A stretch of 64,000 bases of DNA from Octopus vulgaris (lineage: Eukaryota): assembly GCA_951406725.2 (NCBI GenBank), contig OX597843.1:15686001-15750000 (forward strand). Reading direction: 5' to 3'. Shown one piece after another: positions 53,780 through 64,000 of this stretch. Made by a program: the position numbers and the translations under genes. How positions within the stretch are numbered: the stretch's first letter is position 1; each line of letters starts with the position of its first letter. The notes below the pieces were generated by a model. The model had not been told where the DNA came from. It made no database searches and worked only from the letters and a program-made list of their open reading frames with translations.

Positions 53780-54660
53780 TATGAAAGAGAAACGCAGTGA
53801 TGAAACCGACTTTGATTTAAGTTCTTTTGAAAGAAAAGTATTAAGCAATATAATCATAGATTATCGAACGAACTTTTATTGGATTCTTGGTTAGAACCAA
53901 GTAAAACAAATATCGAAAGAGCATACAGCAAATGTTGTTGTTGTGAAATTCAAGGCAGTGTAACTCATCTGGAGAGGCACGGAAAAAACGGATAAACATT
54001 AAAAATGTTAATTCATGAAAGTGGAAACCTGACCGACTTTTGCAGCCAACAACTTCTTCTTCTCATATTCCGAACGAAGCAGCTGCGGAGCTTAAACTTG
54101 GTTCCTTCATTGCAGAACATAACTTACCAATAAGACTTATGGATCATGTACCTGGACTAATTCAGAAGGCATGTAATGATTCCAAAATAACTAAAGATAT
54201 TAAATGTGCAAGAACCAAAGCCACTCAAATATATAGAAATATTTTAGGCCCTTAATTACTTTGAAAACCTCATTAAACAGTTCAAAGAGTGAAAGTTTAC
54301 ATTAATTGTTGATGAAATTACTGATGTAATTACAAAAAAGAAAAACACCTTGTTTTGTTAGCTCGATTTTATGATTGTAACTCTCAAAATATTATTGATT
54401 GTAGCCAAGGATTGCTCTGCTAATGGAATTTTTCCTCTATTGAAAGATTCTTCACCTTACATGATATTCCTTTTGAAAATTTTATAGGATTTGCTGGTGA
54501 CAGTTCTAGTGCAATGATGGGACAGAAGGGAGGTGTGCAGGCATCACTGAAGAACTCAGTCCCCTTCTCTCTTTATTCGGGGTTGTGCTTGTCACTCTAT
54601 GTATATCTGTGCATCAAAGGCATGTTCAGAATTACCTTCATATTTAGAAGGTTCTCAAGA
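53780..54660 (+). mobile_element. hAT-superfamily transposase remnant
   Basis: AELKLGSFIAEHNLP...KCARTKAT, FTLIVDEITDV, GFAGDSSSAMMGQKGGV and GCACHS motifs; many stops. Confidence 0.8.
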
Positions 54661-54906
54661 GATTGCTTCTGAGCACTAAAAGATTCCAATATCCTTTCAA
54701 AACAATTTTACAGGCTTCCTGCAATAGAAGGAATGTCTTGAATTAAAATATTTCTAATTTTTGTAGGCTTCACACTTTAAGACACCAAACAATCGTTACA
54801 AATTAAACAAACAGGTATTTTTTTCAATACGTTCAAAGTAAAAGTAAATCCACAATAGCTTCCTGCTTTTGATGTAAAACTGTGTTGTACTCAGAGAATT
54901 GCTTAC

Positions 54907-56245
54907 CTGTGAGTTCCTGACACTCCTTGACGTTTGTGACTCTCTTCAGCCTTATCATCAATATTTTCTGTGGTTTCATGCTTTGATAAATTCAACCACT
55001 TATCTATGGGCAACATTTTATTATTACATATTAAATTTAAAACAAAAAATATTCCAATAAATTCGTATCAACAGTAACTTATGGTTTCATTCAACTTTCA
55101 GGAAGACAAATCAAATTTATTATTATTTTGTTGTGTTTTTAGTCCAAACATGACATAGAAAACTGACATCAAATGATCTTGTATTTACATCATATATGTG
55201 TAAACATAATTTCAGTTCCAGTTATTGTAGCTAAAAATCACTGAGATATTAGAATAATTCTATATAATGTTTGACACAAAATTATTTGTTTAATACTAAA
55301 CATTCTTAAAAGTAATTCCCTATCAATTTTTGGATAAAGATTTTTGGTCTAATTTAAATAATTTTGATTTAATCTCGAAACCGATTTGTTCACTCCTATC
55401 ACAAAAAAAACTACAATAACAAATCTTCCCATCTTGTTTCACTTGATTTTGCAGAAGTGAGATTCCTGTCACATAATTTGATTGCCAAAGGAAGTCCTAA
55501 GAGGTTTCATAGGTTTTACATACAATTTCATCTGAGTATTTGATGCAAAAATCTTGGAATTTAATTGCAAATTAAAATGCAATAAAAGTTGAGCAGTTTG
55601 AAGTATTGTAGAGGGAAAGGGTTCATTTCCATCATCTGAAGATTTTTTGGAAAGAGGATTTTCCACAAACGTTAGAGACTCCCTTCTGTCGTGAATGACC
55701 GTGAGATTGCACCTAGAAAGTTACCCTCCTAGGCACAAGTCCGAGCAGGGTTGTTTATAGAAGGCCCGCATACTAGCTTGCCCCTCTTTGTGCCATCAAT
55801 GTTACCCAAGGGAAAGGCAAAGGGGCCAATACAGCTTGGCACCAAAGGTATTGCAACTCATTTCTACATCTGAGTGAACTGGAGCAAAGTGAAATAATGT
55901 GTCGAGAACACAACACACAACCTGGCCTGAGAATCGAACTTACTACCTCATGGTTTGAAGCCTGGTACTCTAACCATTGAACCATGTGCCTCATATGGAA
56001 TTAAAATAAACAAATGTTGTGTCATTATTTTAATATGAAAGGAGTTTTCAGCACAGTTTTATTATTGGATTTTAAAGTTTTGGATTTATTTTTAAGTGTA
56101 GAATCCCAAAGTTTTTTTCAGGAAAAACTGCAGAAATCAGTAAATATTAATCCTAAAGCTAGAATAAAAAATGAAAATAATTCTTAATTGCATTCAAAAC
56201 GCCCTGAATTTGTGTGCCACGACCCCCACTTTGGAATGGCCAAGC
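54907..56245 (-). pseudogene. Possible decayed exon of a STAND (NB-ARC-like) NTPase, interrupted by a SINE
   Basis: Acceptor TGTGTTTCAG| (56246) and donor |GTAAGC (54906); LGLPLAIKLC at ~55470-55500; multiple frameshifts; no Walker A found. Confidence 0.3.
55670..55995 (-). mobile_element. tRNA-derived SINE
   Basis: Minus-strand head ggcacatggttcaatggttagagt...gtaagttcgattctc with A/B boxes. Confidence 0.7.
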
Positions 56246-56283
56246 CTGAAACACAACAGGACAAAGTGAAATGTCCCTAGATA

Positions 56284-58385
56284 CATCATCATCATCATTT
56301 AACGTCTGCTTTCCATGCTAGCATGGGTTGGACAAATGACTGAGGACTGGCAAACCAGATGGCTGTACCAGGCTTCAATCTTGATCTGGCAGAGTTTCTA
56401 CAGCTGGATGCCTTTCCTAACACCAACCACTCCAAGAGTGTAGTGGGTGCTTTTACATGTCACTGGCACGGGGGCCAGTCAGGCGGTACTGGCAACGACT
56501 TCGCTTGAATCTTTTACACATGCCACTGGCACAGGTGCCAGTAAGGCGATGCTGGTAACGATCACGCTCGAATGGTGTCTTTCACGTGCCACCAGCACGG
56601 AGGCCAGATAGCCGCTCTGGCAATGATCACGCTCGGATGGTGCTCTTAATACCCTACTAGCACGGGGCTCGAGTGCCAGTAAGGCGACACTGGTAACGAT
56701 CACGCTCGAATGGTGCCTTTTAAGTGCCACTGGTACGGAAGCCGGTTAGCCGCTCTATCAATGATCACACTCGTATGGTGCTCTTTGCAACCCGCTAGCA
56801 CGGATGCCAGTCATCGAATTTGATTTTGATTTTGATTTCACTTGCCTCAACAGGTCTTCGCAAGCAGAGTTTTAGTGTCCAAAGAAGGAAAAGATATGCA
56901 TAAGTGGGCTGGTAACGCCCCTGGCATAGGCCACGAGATTATGGTCTCATTTGGCTTGCTGGGTCTTCTCACGCACGGCATATTTCCAAAAGTCTCGGTC
57001 ACTAGTCATTTCCTTGATGAGACCCAAAGTTTGAAGGTCATGCTTCACCACTTCATCCCAGGTCTTCCTGGATCTACCTCTTCCACAGGTTCCCTCAACC
57101 GCTAGTGTGTGGCACTTTTTCACACAACTATCCTCATCCATTCTCACTACATGACCATACCAGCGCACACCACATCTGATGCTTCTTAGGTCCAACTTTT
57201 CTCTCAAGGTACTTACACTCTGTTGAGTATGCACACTGACATTACACATCTATCGGATCATACTGGCTTCTTTCCTTGCGAGCTTACGCATGTCCTCAGC
57301 AGTCACAGCCCATGTTTCCCTGCCATGTAGCATGGCTGTTCATACACATGCGTCATACTGTCTACCTTTTACTCTGAGCGAGAGGCCCTTTGTCACCAGC
57401 AGAGGTAAGAGCTCTCTGAACTTTGTCCAGGCTATTCTTACTCTAGCAGCTACACTTTCAGCGCACCCTCCCCCACTACTGACTTGATCACCTAGGTAAC
57501 GGAAGCTATCAACTACTTCTAGTTTTCCTCCCTGGAATGTGGCAGAAGTTGTTCTCTGCACATTTTCAGTGTTATTTATTGCTCCTGAGCATCTGCCACA
57601 TACAAAAACTTTCTTCCCCGTTAGCCTTCCTTTGATATTACTGCACCTTTTATGTGTCCATAGCTTACATTGGGTACATCTTATAGAGTTTCTACCTACG
57701 CCGTTACTACAGATCGAGTAGGGCCATCTACCTGAAGGGATTTGTGGTTTGCTTGCCTTCCTACTTATTAGGACTTTGGTTTTAGCTAGGTTGACTCTAA
57801 GGCCCTTCGATTCTAATCCTTGTCTCCACACTTGAAACTTTGCCTCTAGTTCTGATAGTGACTCTGCGATTAGAGCAAGGTCATCAGCATAGAGGAGCTC
57901 CCTGGGGTATCCTGTCTTGAATTCCTCCGTTATTGCCTGGAGAACTATGATAAATAGGAGGGGGCTGAAAACTAAACCTTGGTGGGCCCCTACCTATACC
58001 CTGAATTCTTCAGTTTACTCGTTGCCAACCCTCACCTTACTTACAGCATCCCTATACATAGCTTGCACAGCTCTCACTAACCATTCATCTATCCCTAGTT
58101 TCGTCATTGACCACCAGATAAGGGATCGGGGGACCCTGTCAAAGGTTTTCTCCATGTCAACGAAAGCCAGGTACAGGGGCTTATCTTTGGCTAGGTATTT
58201 CTCCTGCAGCTGTCTTACCAGAAATATGGCATCAGTGGTGCTTTTCCCTGGCACGAAACCAAACTGCATCTCATCCAAGCTGACTCTCTCTTTAATTAGT
58301 TGGGCTATGACCCTCTCCGTAACCTTCATTACCTGATCCAACAGCTTGATACCTCTGTAATTATTTGTATCGAAAGCATCACCTT
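56284..58385 (-). mobile_element. RTE-clade LINE, 5'-truncated, RT with an inserted PHD-like Cys/His finger, (GAT)n tail
   Basis: QFGFVPGKSTTDAIF, AFVDMEK.FDRVPR, LLYADD, C..C...SIRCTQCKLWTHKRC...CGRC, FRYLGD and RWYGHV motifs. Confidence 0.9.
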
Positions 58386-58533
58386 TACATCATATATAGA
58401 AATACTATCTCTGTATGATATATTAAGAGAAAAGACATCGATATATGTGTGTGTGTAATATGTATGTGTGTATATAGATTTCCACTCGTGCGGTACCTTA
58501 CAACTTCACTTTGTTATACATACATACATATAC

Positions 58534-58567
<34 letters not shown>

Positions 58568-58573
58568 CTGTGA

Positions 58574-58667
<94 letters not shown>

Positions 58668-59108
58668 ACATATATATGTATACATATATATATATATATA
58701 TATACTCTAGCTAGAAATAAAGGGAGATAACTATGAATATACCCGAGGATATTAAAACTGTTTTAGAACAATAGAAGTATTTAGGGAGGTGCTGAGGCAT
58801 ACAACAATAGCAACAACAACAACAAATGAACAGTTCAAAGTTTATCTTTATTTCAAAAGTTAATCTCTAACAACAGGAGAGACGAACCAGCAAAGGGATT
58901 TCTTTGTGATAGATCTGCTAGAAGTAGTAGCCAAATCGACCACAATTCATACCTTATCCCCTTAAAGAAGAATACGCTGGACAATGTGTGTGTGGCTCCT
59001 CTACCGTAAGGATAAAGACAGGATGGTCATGACTGGAATGCATTTAACCAAAGGTCTGTATTTGGTCGAGATTGACCTCAAACTAAACAACAACATTTAC
59101 ACAGAGCT

Positions 59109-59308
59109 TCACTTTACATCTGATGACAGACATTTGAGTGCATCAAGGCACTCAGCTTCCTCGAGGGCATCTCCAAGTATTTTGAGTGTTTGTTTCTCTG
59201 GATCACAACTTTTAAACCATTTGTGCAACACCATGTAGCCCTGTTTCACAGTGTCTTTAGAATCGTCGTGAATTTCCAGTTCAGAAGTTTCAACTCCTAA
59301 GAAAATCC
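59109..59308 (-). CDS. Terminal exon encoding the C-terminal part of a Death domain (GIFLGVETSELEIHDDSKDTVKQGYMVLHKWFKSCDPEKQTLKILGDALEEAECLDALKCLSSDVK*)
   Basis: Strong acceptor TATCTTTTGCAG|, phase 1, open for 66 codons; LG....L, Q.Y.ML..W and TL..L..AL Death-fold pattern. Confidence 0.85.
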
Positions 59309-60038
59309 CTGCAAAAGATACAAAAAGAAGAAATAATTATAACAACATCAACAATAATATAAAAGATGTCTCCTGTAGGTTGTTCTAACAAAGAAACTTC
59401 AAGAGAGAAATTTTGAAAATAGTCAAGAAATATGGAAAATGTAGGACATTGTTCTCTGTTTGTATGAATTCTGATTAAAAAGTAACAAAGTTGTTGGAAA
59501 AGAAGATTAAAACGGAGAAAATTACATTTGAGAGAATTTCTGGTAAAGAGATGGCAGGGAAAATGGTTGTGTGGGTAATAGCGTATGAGAACCTAAAGAA
59601 TCAATTAATATCACCCAAAGAGTCACATTATCTCATCCATCTATCCATTTTCTCTACCCTCTGTTCATAAAAGGGTTGTGGGGGTAGAGTCGCCAGGGAA
59701 CCCCCTTCAAAGTTACTTTCATTTTACTGTCCAGTTGGATTCTCAAGCTTCACCAATTAAGACTTTAGATATTATCCAACAATCTCATTCTTGGTCTATT
59801 CCTTGGTCTCCGGTCAAGTGGCTCAGCTTAAAGAATATCCGTCTTGCAATTACCACCAGTCGACTATAAAAAGTGATCTACCACACAATTCTCTCTTTTT
59901 GCCTGGCTCTCTCTGGCACTTTCTCTTTTAGGCTTAACTTTTCGCCTATCCACTGGTTACTCAACTCGTGTGATCAGACACAGCTAGACTAACGTCGCTC
60001 TCTTTATAGTGGCCACCACCAGACAAAACCACCACGTT

Positions 60039-60079
<41 letters not shown>

Positions 60080-61639
60080 TCATTCTGTCGTTTCATGCAT
60101 TCACCTCATACCAATAACAAGTGATTCCAAATTATCAATATCAATGTAATATACATTCTGAAAACCTGTCTTTACTTCATTACTTGTTATGCATGACACG
60201 AGCACCACAGAACACAGCGAAGAGAAACCCTACATGCCGGCTTCCTCACTAAAAACGTCTCAGCATTTAGAAAAAGTGGAGACTGAACCATCAAGCAATA
60301 CCAGTCATACTACGGACACCTGGACCAATTAAAATACAAATAAGCATGACACCAGAATGGTCTTAATTACACAAAGTACAAAATATAATACTGTTAGGTA
60401 CACACCACATATTTTAGAAGACACCAGCTTAACCATTTTGGGTTCATGACTCGTAATAAGGACCTCTTTCACTGGCTGAATGCCACAATTTAGAGAGAAT
60501 TTGATAACGGAGAGGTTTTAGAGTTTCAGCTAGCAGGAAAGAAGACAGGAGTGACCAGCATCTCCGCCATACACCTACATACAATTAAACACTTTATCTG
60601 AGTAAAGTGTGTTCTTCAACTTAGACAAACACTGGACAGTGGAGAGGCAAAAATGCTGCACCACATTCAACTGACCACTGCATGCGAGTGAAGTGTGATC
60701 GTCAACTAGATGGACACTTGACAGTGGAGAAGCTACAACACGTCACTCAAAATACACTCTGTCCTGTTAAAATGGACACAGTCAATGATGTAGTCCTGTG
60801 ATCCCAAGTAAAAGACAGCGGCATCACACAAGAAAAAAATGGACAATGTGAACAATACAATGGTATTCTTTGAAAGCTATAGAACTTGCCTGCCACACTA
60901 GAAAACTCGGAAATTTTAGGAGGTTGTTTTCACACAATCCATTCTCTGTTTTGGACAGTAATGTAATTCCCTATGAATAAATTTGTAATCTTTCCAGACA
61001 ATTTCTAAATGGGACATCAATCATAACTTGGTTGACTAAACCGGGGTCTGTTATTTTGAGTCCAAATATGACCCTTTAGTGGATGAGGTTGAATTAATTG
61101 AATCAACCCCCTCTCTCAGTATACCCAGGTCATGAAATTAGTGTCTCTCTGTGCAATCTATCACGTTACAAACTTCCCAACAGGACTCTGACAATCGAAT
61201 GATCTGTGATATTTCTTTTGACCAATCTCCAATGAACTCCGGATTCAATCACATCTCCGGAGCTTATTCATTTATTATTATATCAATCACAGAGAGAGAA
61301 GCCTCTGCCAGTTTGGCCTCACTTGTGAATATTCATTTTCCGGTAAATTCCCTCAGGAGAATCCTCTCTTTTTGCCTGGGGAGAATAGATTGAGCAGAGC
61401 GACCTCTATTAAGCCTCTTTTTATTGAGGTATCTCCAGATCTGTGGCAGGACATCTTCCAGTAGGTTGATATAAATAGGATTATTCATCGGCTTCTTATA
61501 CAATTAATGTTTTCAATCATTTCAAAAAGAACCAAACTTTAAGTCTTCAGCTGGAATAAGGAAAACTTATTCTGGTTGTTAACTCAGCAAATATTTCCTT
61601 CATTACAATAATTTAGCAACAGACTTAAAATGTAAAACA

Positions 61640-63795
61640 AAGACATTGTCCATTAACTCACCTGTTTACTCTTAAACAACAATGAATTTTACTTTCCAGC
61701 TCCATAAGACAATATTAACTCTATTGCATCTTCTAATTTAGCCATTATTACCAACCACAGTGCTAACCGTGGTGGATATTTTATGAAATTCCAGTAATAT
61801 CAATCTCTTTAATATCTTTAGAGTTAACCTTTCAATTGGAAATTAGGAATGGAACCGGTTCTCAGACATTTTGATAAACAAAATAGCTCCGGTGGAAGTA
61901 AACTTTACAGAAACCAATTCGGTTATTTCATACTCACCCACTTGCCATCAATTATTCCCTAACTTCTTGGCCACTTTCAGAAGATCCTTCTCCTTCAGCT
62001 TTCGACTCTCTGAAATAAATATGTTCAAATTTTGCAATTTGTAGTAAAATTTCTTTATCTCTGTTAATAATCTACATTTTATTATCATGCGGTAATCCTA
62101 TTATCAATGGTCAACTGGTGACCACCCTGGCTTGGATCAACATTTTTATACTTTCTACAGACTAAACTTCCTCAGCCTCTTCTCTTTAGTAAGACATTCT
62201 ACACAATCAACGTAACAATTATCTCTTAATTATCATCACTTAATGAAAATGCTTTTCTAGTTTTGTCTTTCCTTTCTTATATCTCTGCCAAGTCAATGGC
62301 ATGGCATTGTCCTCTCACTTCCAACATTCTTCTCATTTTCTGCTTAATTCCTATGTCAACCAAGTCAGTCCTCCAAAGACCTAGAGCACAATATCATGAC
62401 ACACCAACTAGGATAAACATACACCTGATCCCCTTGTTGAAGGGAGCTGCTGGAAATCTTTAATTCTAACTGCCCCACATCACGGTTCATCAGAATGTCA
62501 GCTGATTCAGGAAATATTTGAATTTCATTCCCTTTCCATAATAAATCAGCTATTTTTCAGGTGAGCGATGATTAGTTCTACACAGGTGGAACAGAAAATA
62601 ATAACAGGTGTCCTAAAACACTGCACAAAACCTCATTCACTACATATAACTGTTCATCCGCACGTTATTGCAAAAGAAAAATATCTGAAATGGTAGAAAA
62701 GAACTGGTTCTCAAGAATAAAGGACATCTCTATCAAACCTCATCTATGCATTAATCACCATTTCATACCCTTTTGATGTCCCCTATATCAATGTGGTGAA
62801 GCTCAATTGGATGAAAACCCAGTTTCCAACAAACTTGAAAACACAAGGGTTACACCTGTGCAGGAGGATTTCACTGACAGAAACTGTTCTTCTGATATCA
62901 TTGTTAATACAAGAATAACATTACAAGGAATGTGTGACCCAACTCACACCCCACTCCACCACCACCACCACATTTGTCAATAAAGCTAATTAAAATCAAA
63001 TAATTGAAAAGTGTCACTAATTAAGATATATTTTATAAAGTATTAGAGTGTCACATAAATGAAATGAAGCCAAGTGAGATTAACATCTGAACCTTACTGG
63101 ATTATAAGGGTCAATAATCCCAGTTTGTAAGGATATGGCCCTTTACCCAAGTAAGACAATATATTTACACGGAGGGTAACAAGTTGTAAAATGTTAGGTG
63201 CAAGATGATGCCATGACAAAATGAGGTTACATTTCAGACATGTGTAAGAAAGTTAATGAATGAGAGCTGATTAATTATCATGTTAATTGGGGTGTATATG
63301 TGATACACTACCACTGTGCTTGGTGGTGCAATACTAGATAATCTATATGGATTATATCATAATCCAAGTGAAGAACATGTGACCCTCATTAAAATGAATA
63401 TGATTGTGTCTCAGCATAAATAATAATATGGTAGTCCCATGAGCAACCAAACAAAATTGTTACCAAGTTCAGTGCCAAATACTAATAAAAATGTCTTTAC
63501 TTGGTCAAATAACAACGACCAAGTTTCATAATCTGCTTTGAACAGGATAATCAAGTCAGAAGTAAAACCAAAAGGTGAAACACTCTGAAGACCTTACCTC
63601 TATTAGCATTAATATCATCAAGAAGGCAACAAGTGGGAGTCTAAGAATGTCTGTAGGGATCTGGTAAATGTTACTCAAACATTAGAGTCACCAACAAGGA
63701 ATTGGGAGTTCAAGTCACGCCTGGTACGCATATGTTATTCCAGTCTGTGTATTTTTTTAAGTGTTAACCTTAATAATTGGTTTCAATGTAAACAT
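61640..63795. repeat. Diverged paralog of the duplicated module at 580-2060 / 3050-4520
   Basis: Shared intronic blocks, e.g. ttaactctattg..ttctaattt, cactgtgcttg..ggtgcaatactagata and atgaatatgattgtgtctcagca. Confidence 0.85.
61938..62009 (-). pseudogene. 72-nt exon encoding the Death-domain N-terminus (ESRKLKEKDLLKVAKKLGNN*WQVG) with an in-frame TGA
   Basis: TTATTTCAG| and |GTGAGT boundaries, phase 1-1; joins 59308 in frame; TGA at 61948-61950 where Death domains have LG..W. Confidence 0.75.
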
Positions 63796-63975
63796 ATGAG
63801 TGAACTGGAGCGTGAAATAAAGTGTCTTGCCCAAGAACACAACACACAGCCCGGTCCAGGAATCGAACTCACTACCTCCTGATTGTGAGCCCAATGCTCC
63901 AACCACTATACACACACACACATATATGTATATCACGTGATCACATGACCGACCAGGCTATCAGATGTTGCTACA
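63796..63975 (-). mobile_element. tRNA-derived SINE fragment
   Basis: gtgtcttgcccaagaacacaacacacagcccggtccaggaatcgaactc; same family as 55670-55995. Confidence 0.7.
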
Positions 63976-64000
63976 GTATTGTTTAGAGAAATTATTTTCT

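Noticed and set aside
60840-61560. Non-repetitive coding-like stretch inside the Death-domain intron (possible viral or retro insert)
   Set aside because: Stops in the frames I read and no recognisable motif; it cannot be called without BLASTX.

Overview
AT-rich, repeat-dense eukaryotic DNA. The SINE/LINE content and (TACA)n/(TA)n/(TAT)n tracts look like an Octopus (coleoid cephalopod) genome; this is inferred. There is one assembly gap (11451-11550). Most ORF-track entries are microsatellite artefacts; the real host genes are short spliced exons on the minus strand. (1) A secreted or surface LRR gene: candidate TATA/Inr exon 1 at 32537-32586, a signal peptide + LRRNT exon at 19622-19825, and 72-nt single-LRR exons at 13241-13312 and 11699-11770. 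These sit in tandem cassettes separated by long (GAA)n arrays, together with two deleted cassettes, and run into the gap. (2) The 3' end of a MIB2-like RING gene (1-6340) with tandemly duplicated exon modules. (3) A paralogous 3' end encoding a Death domain (59109-62009) with a TGA at a Trp position. The rest is decayed CR1, RTE, R4/Dong, Tx1, Tc1/mariner and hAT elements and SINEs. The standout is a non-coding insertion at 22572-24175: about 2.6 near-identical tandem ~483-bp units plus an inverted partial unit, flanked by a 14-bp target-site duplication, carrying three complete minimal type I hammerhead ribozymes. It looks like a retrozyme or Penelope-type circular-RNA retroelement. It is nested in a second hammerhead-bearing element inside the putative first intron of the LRR gene.
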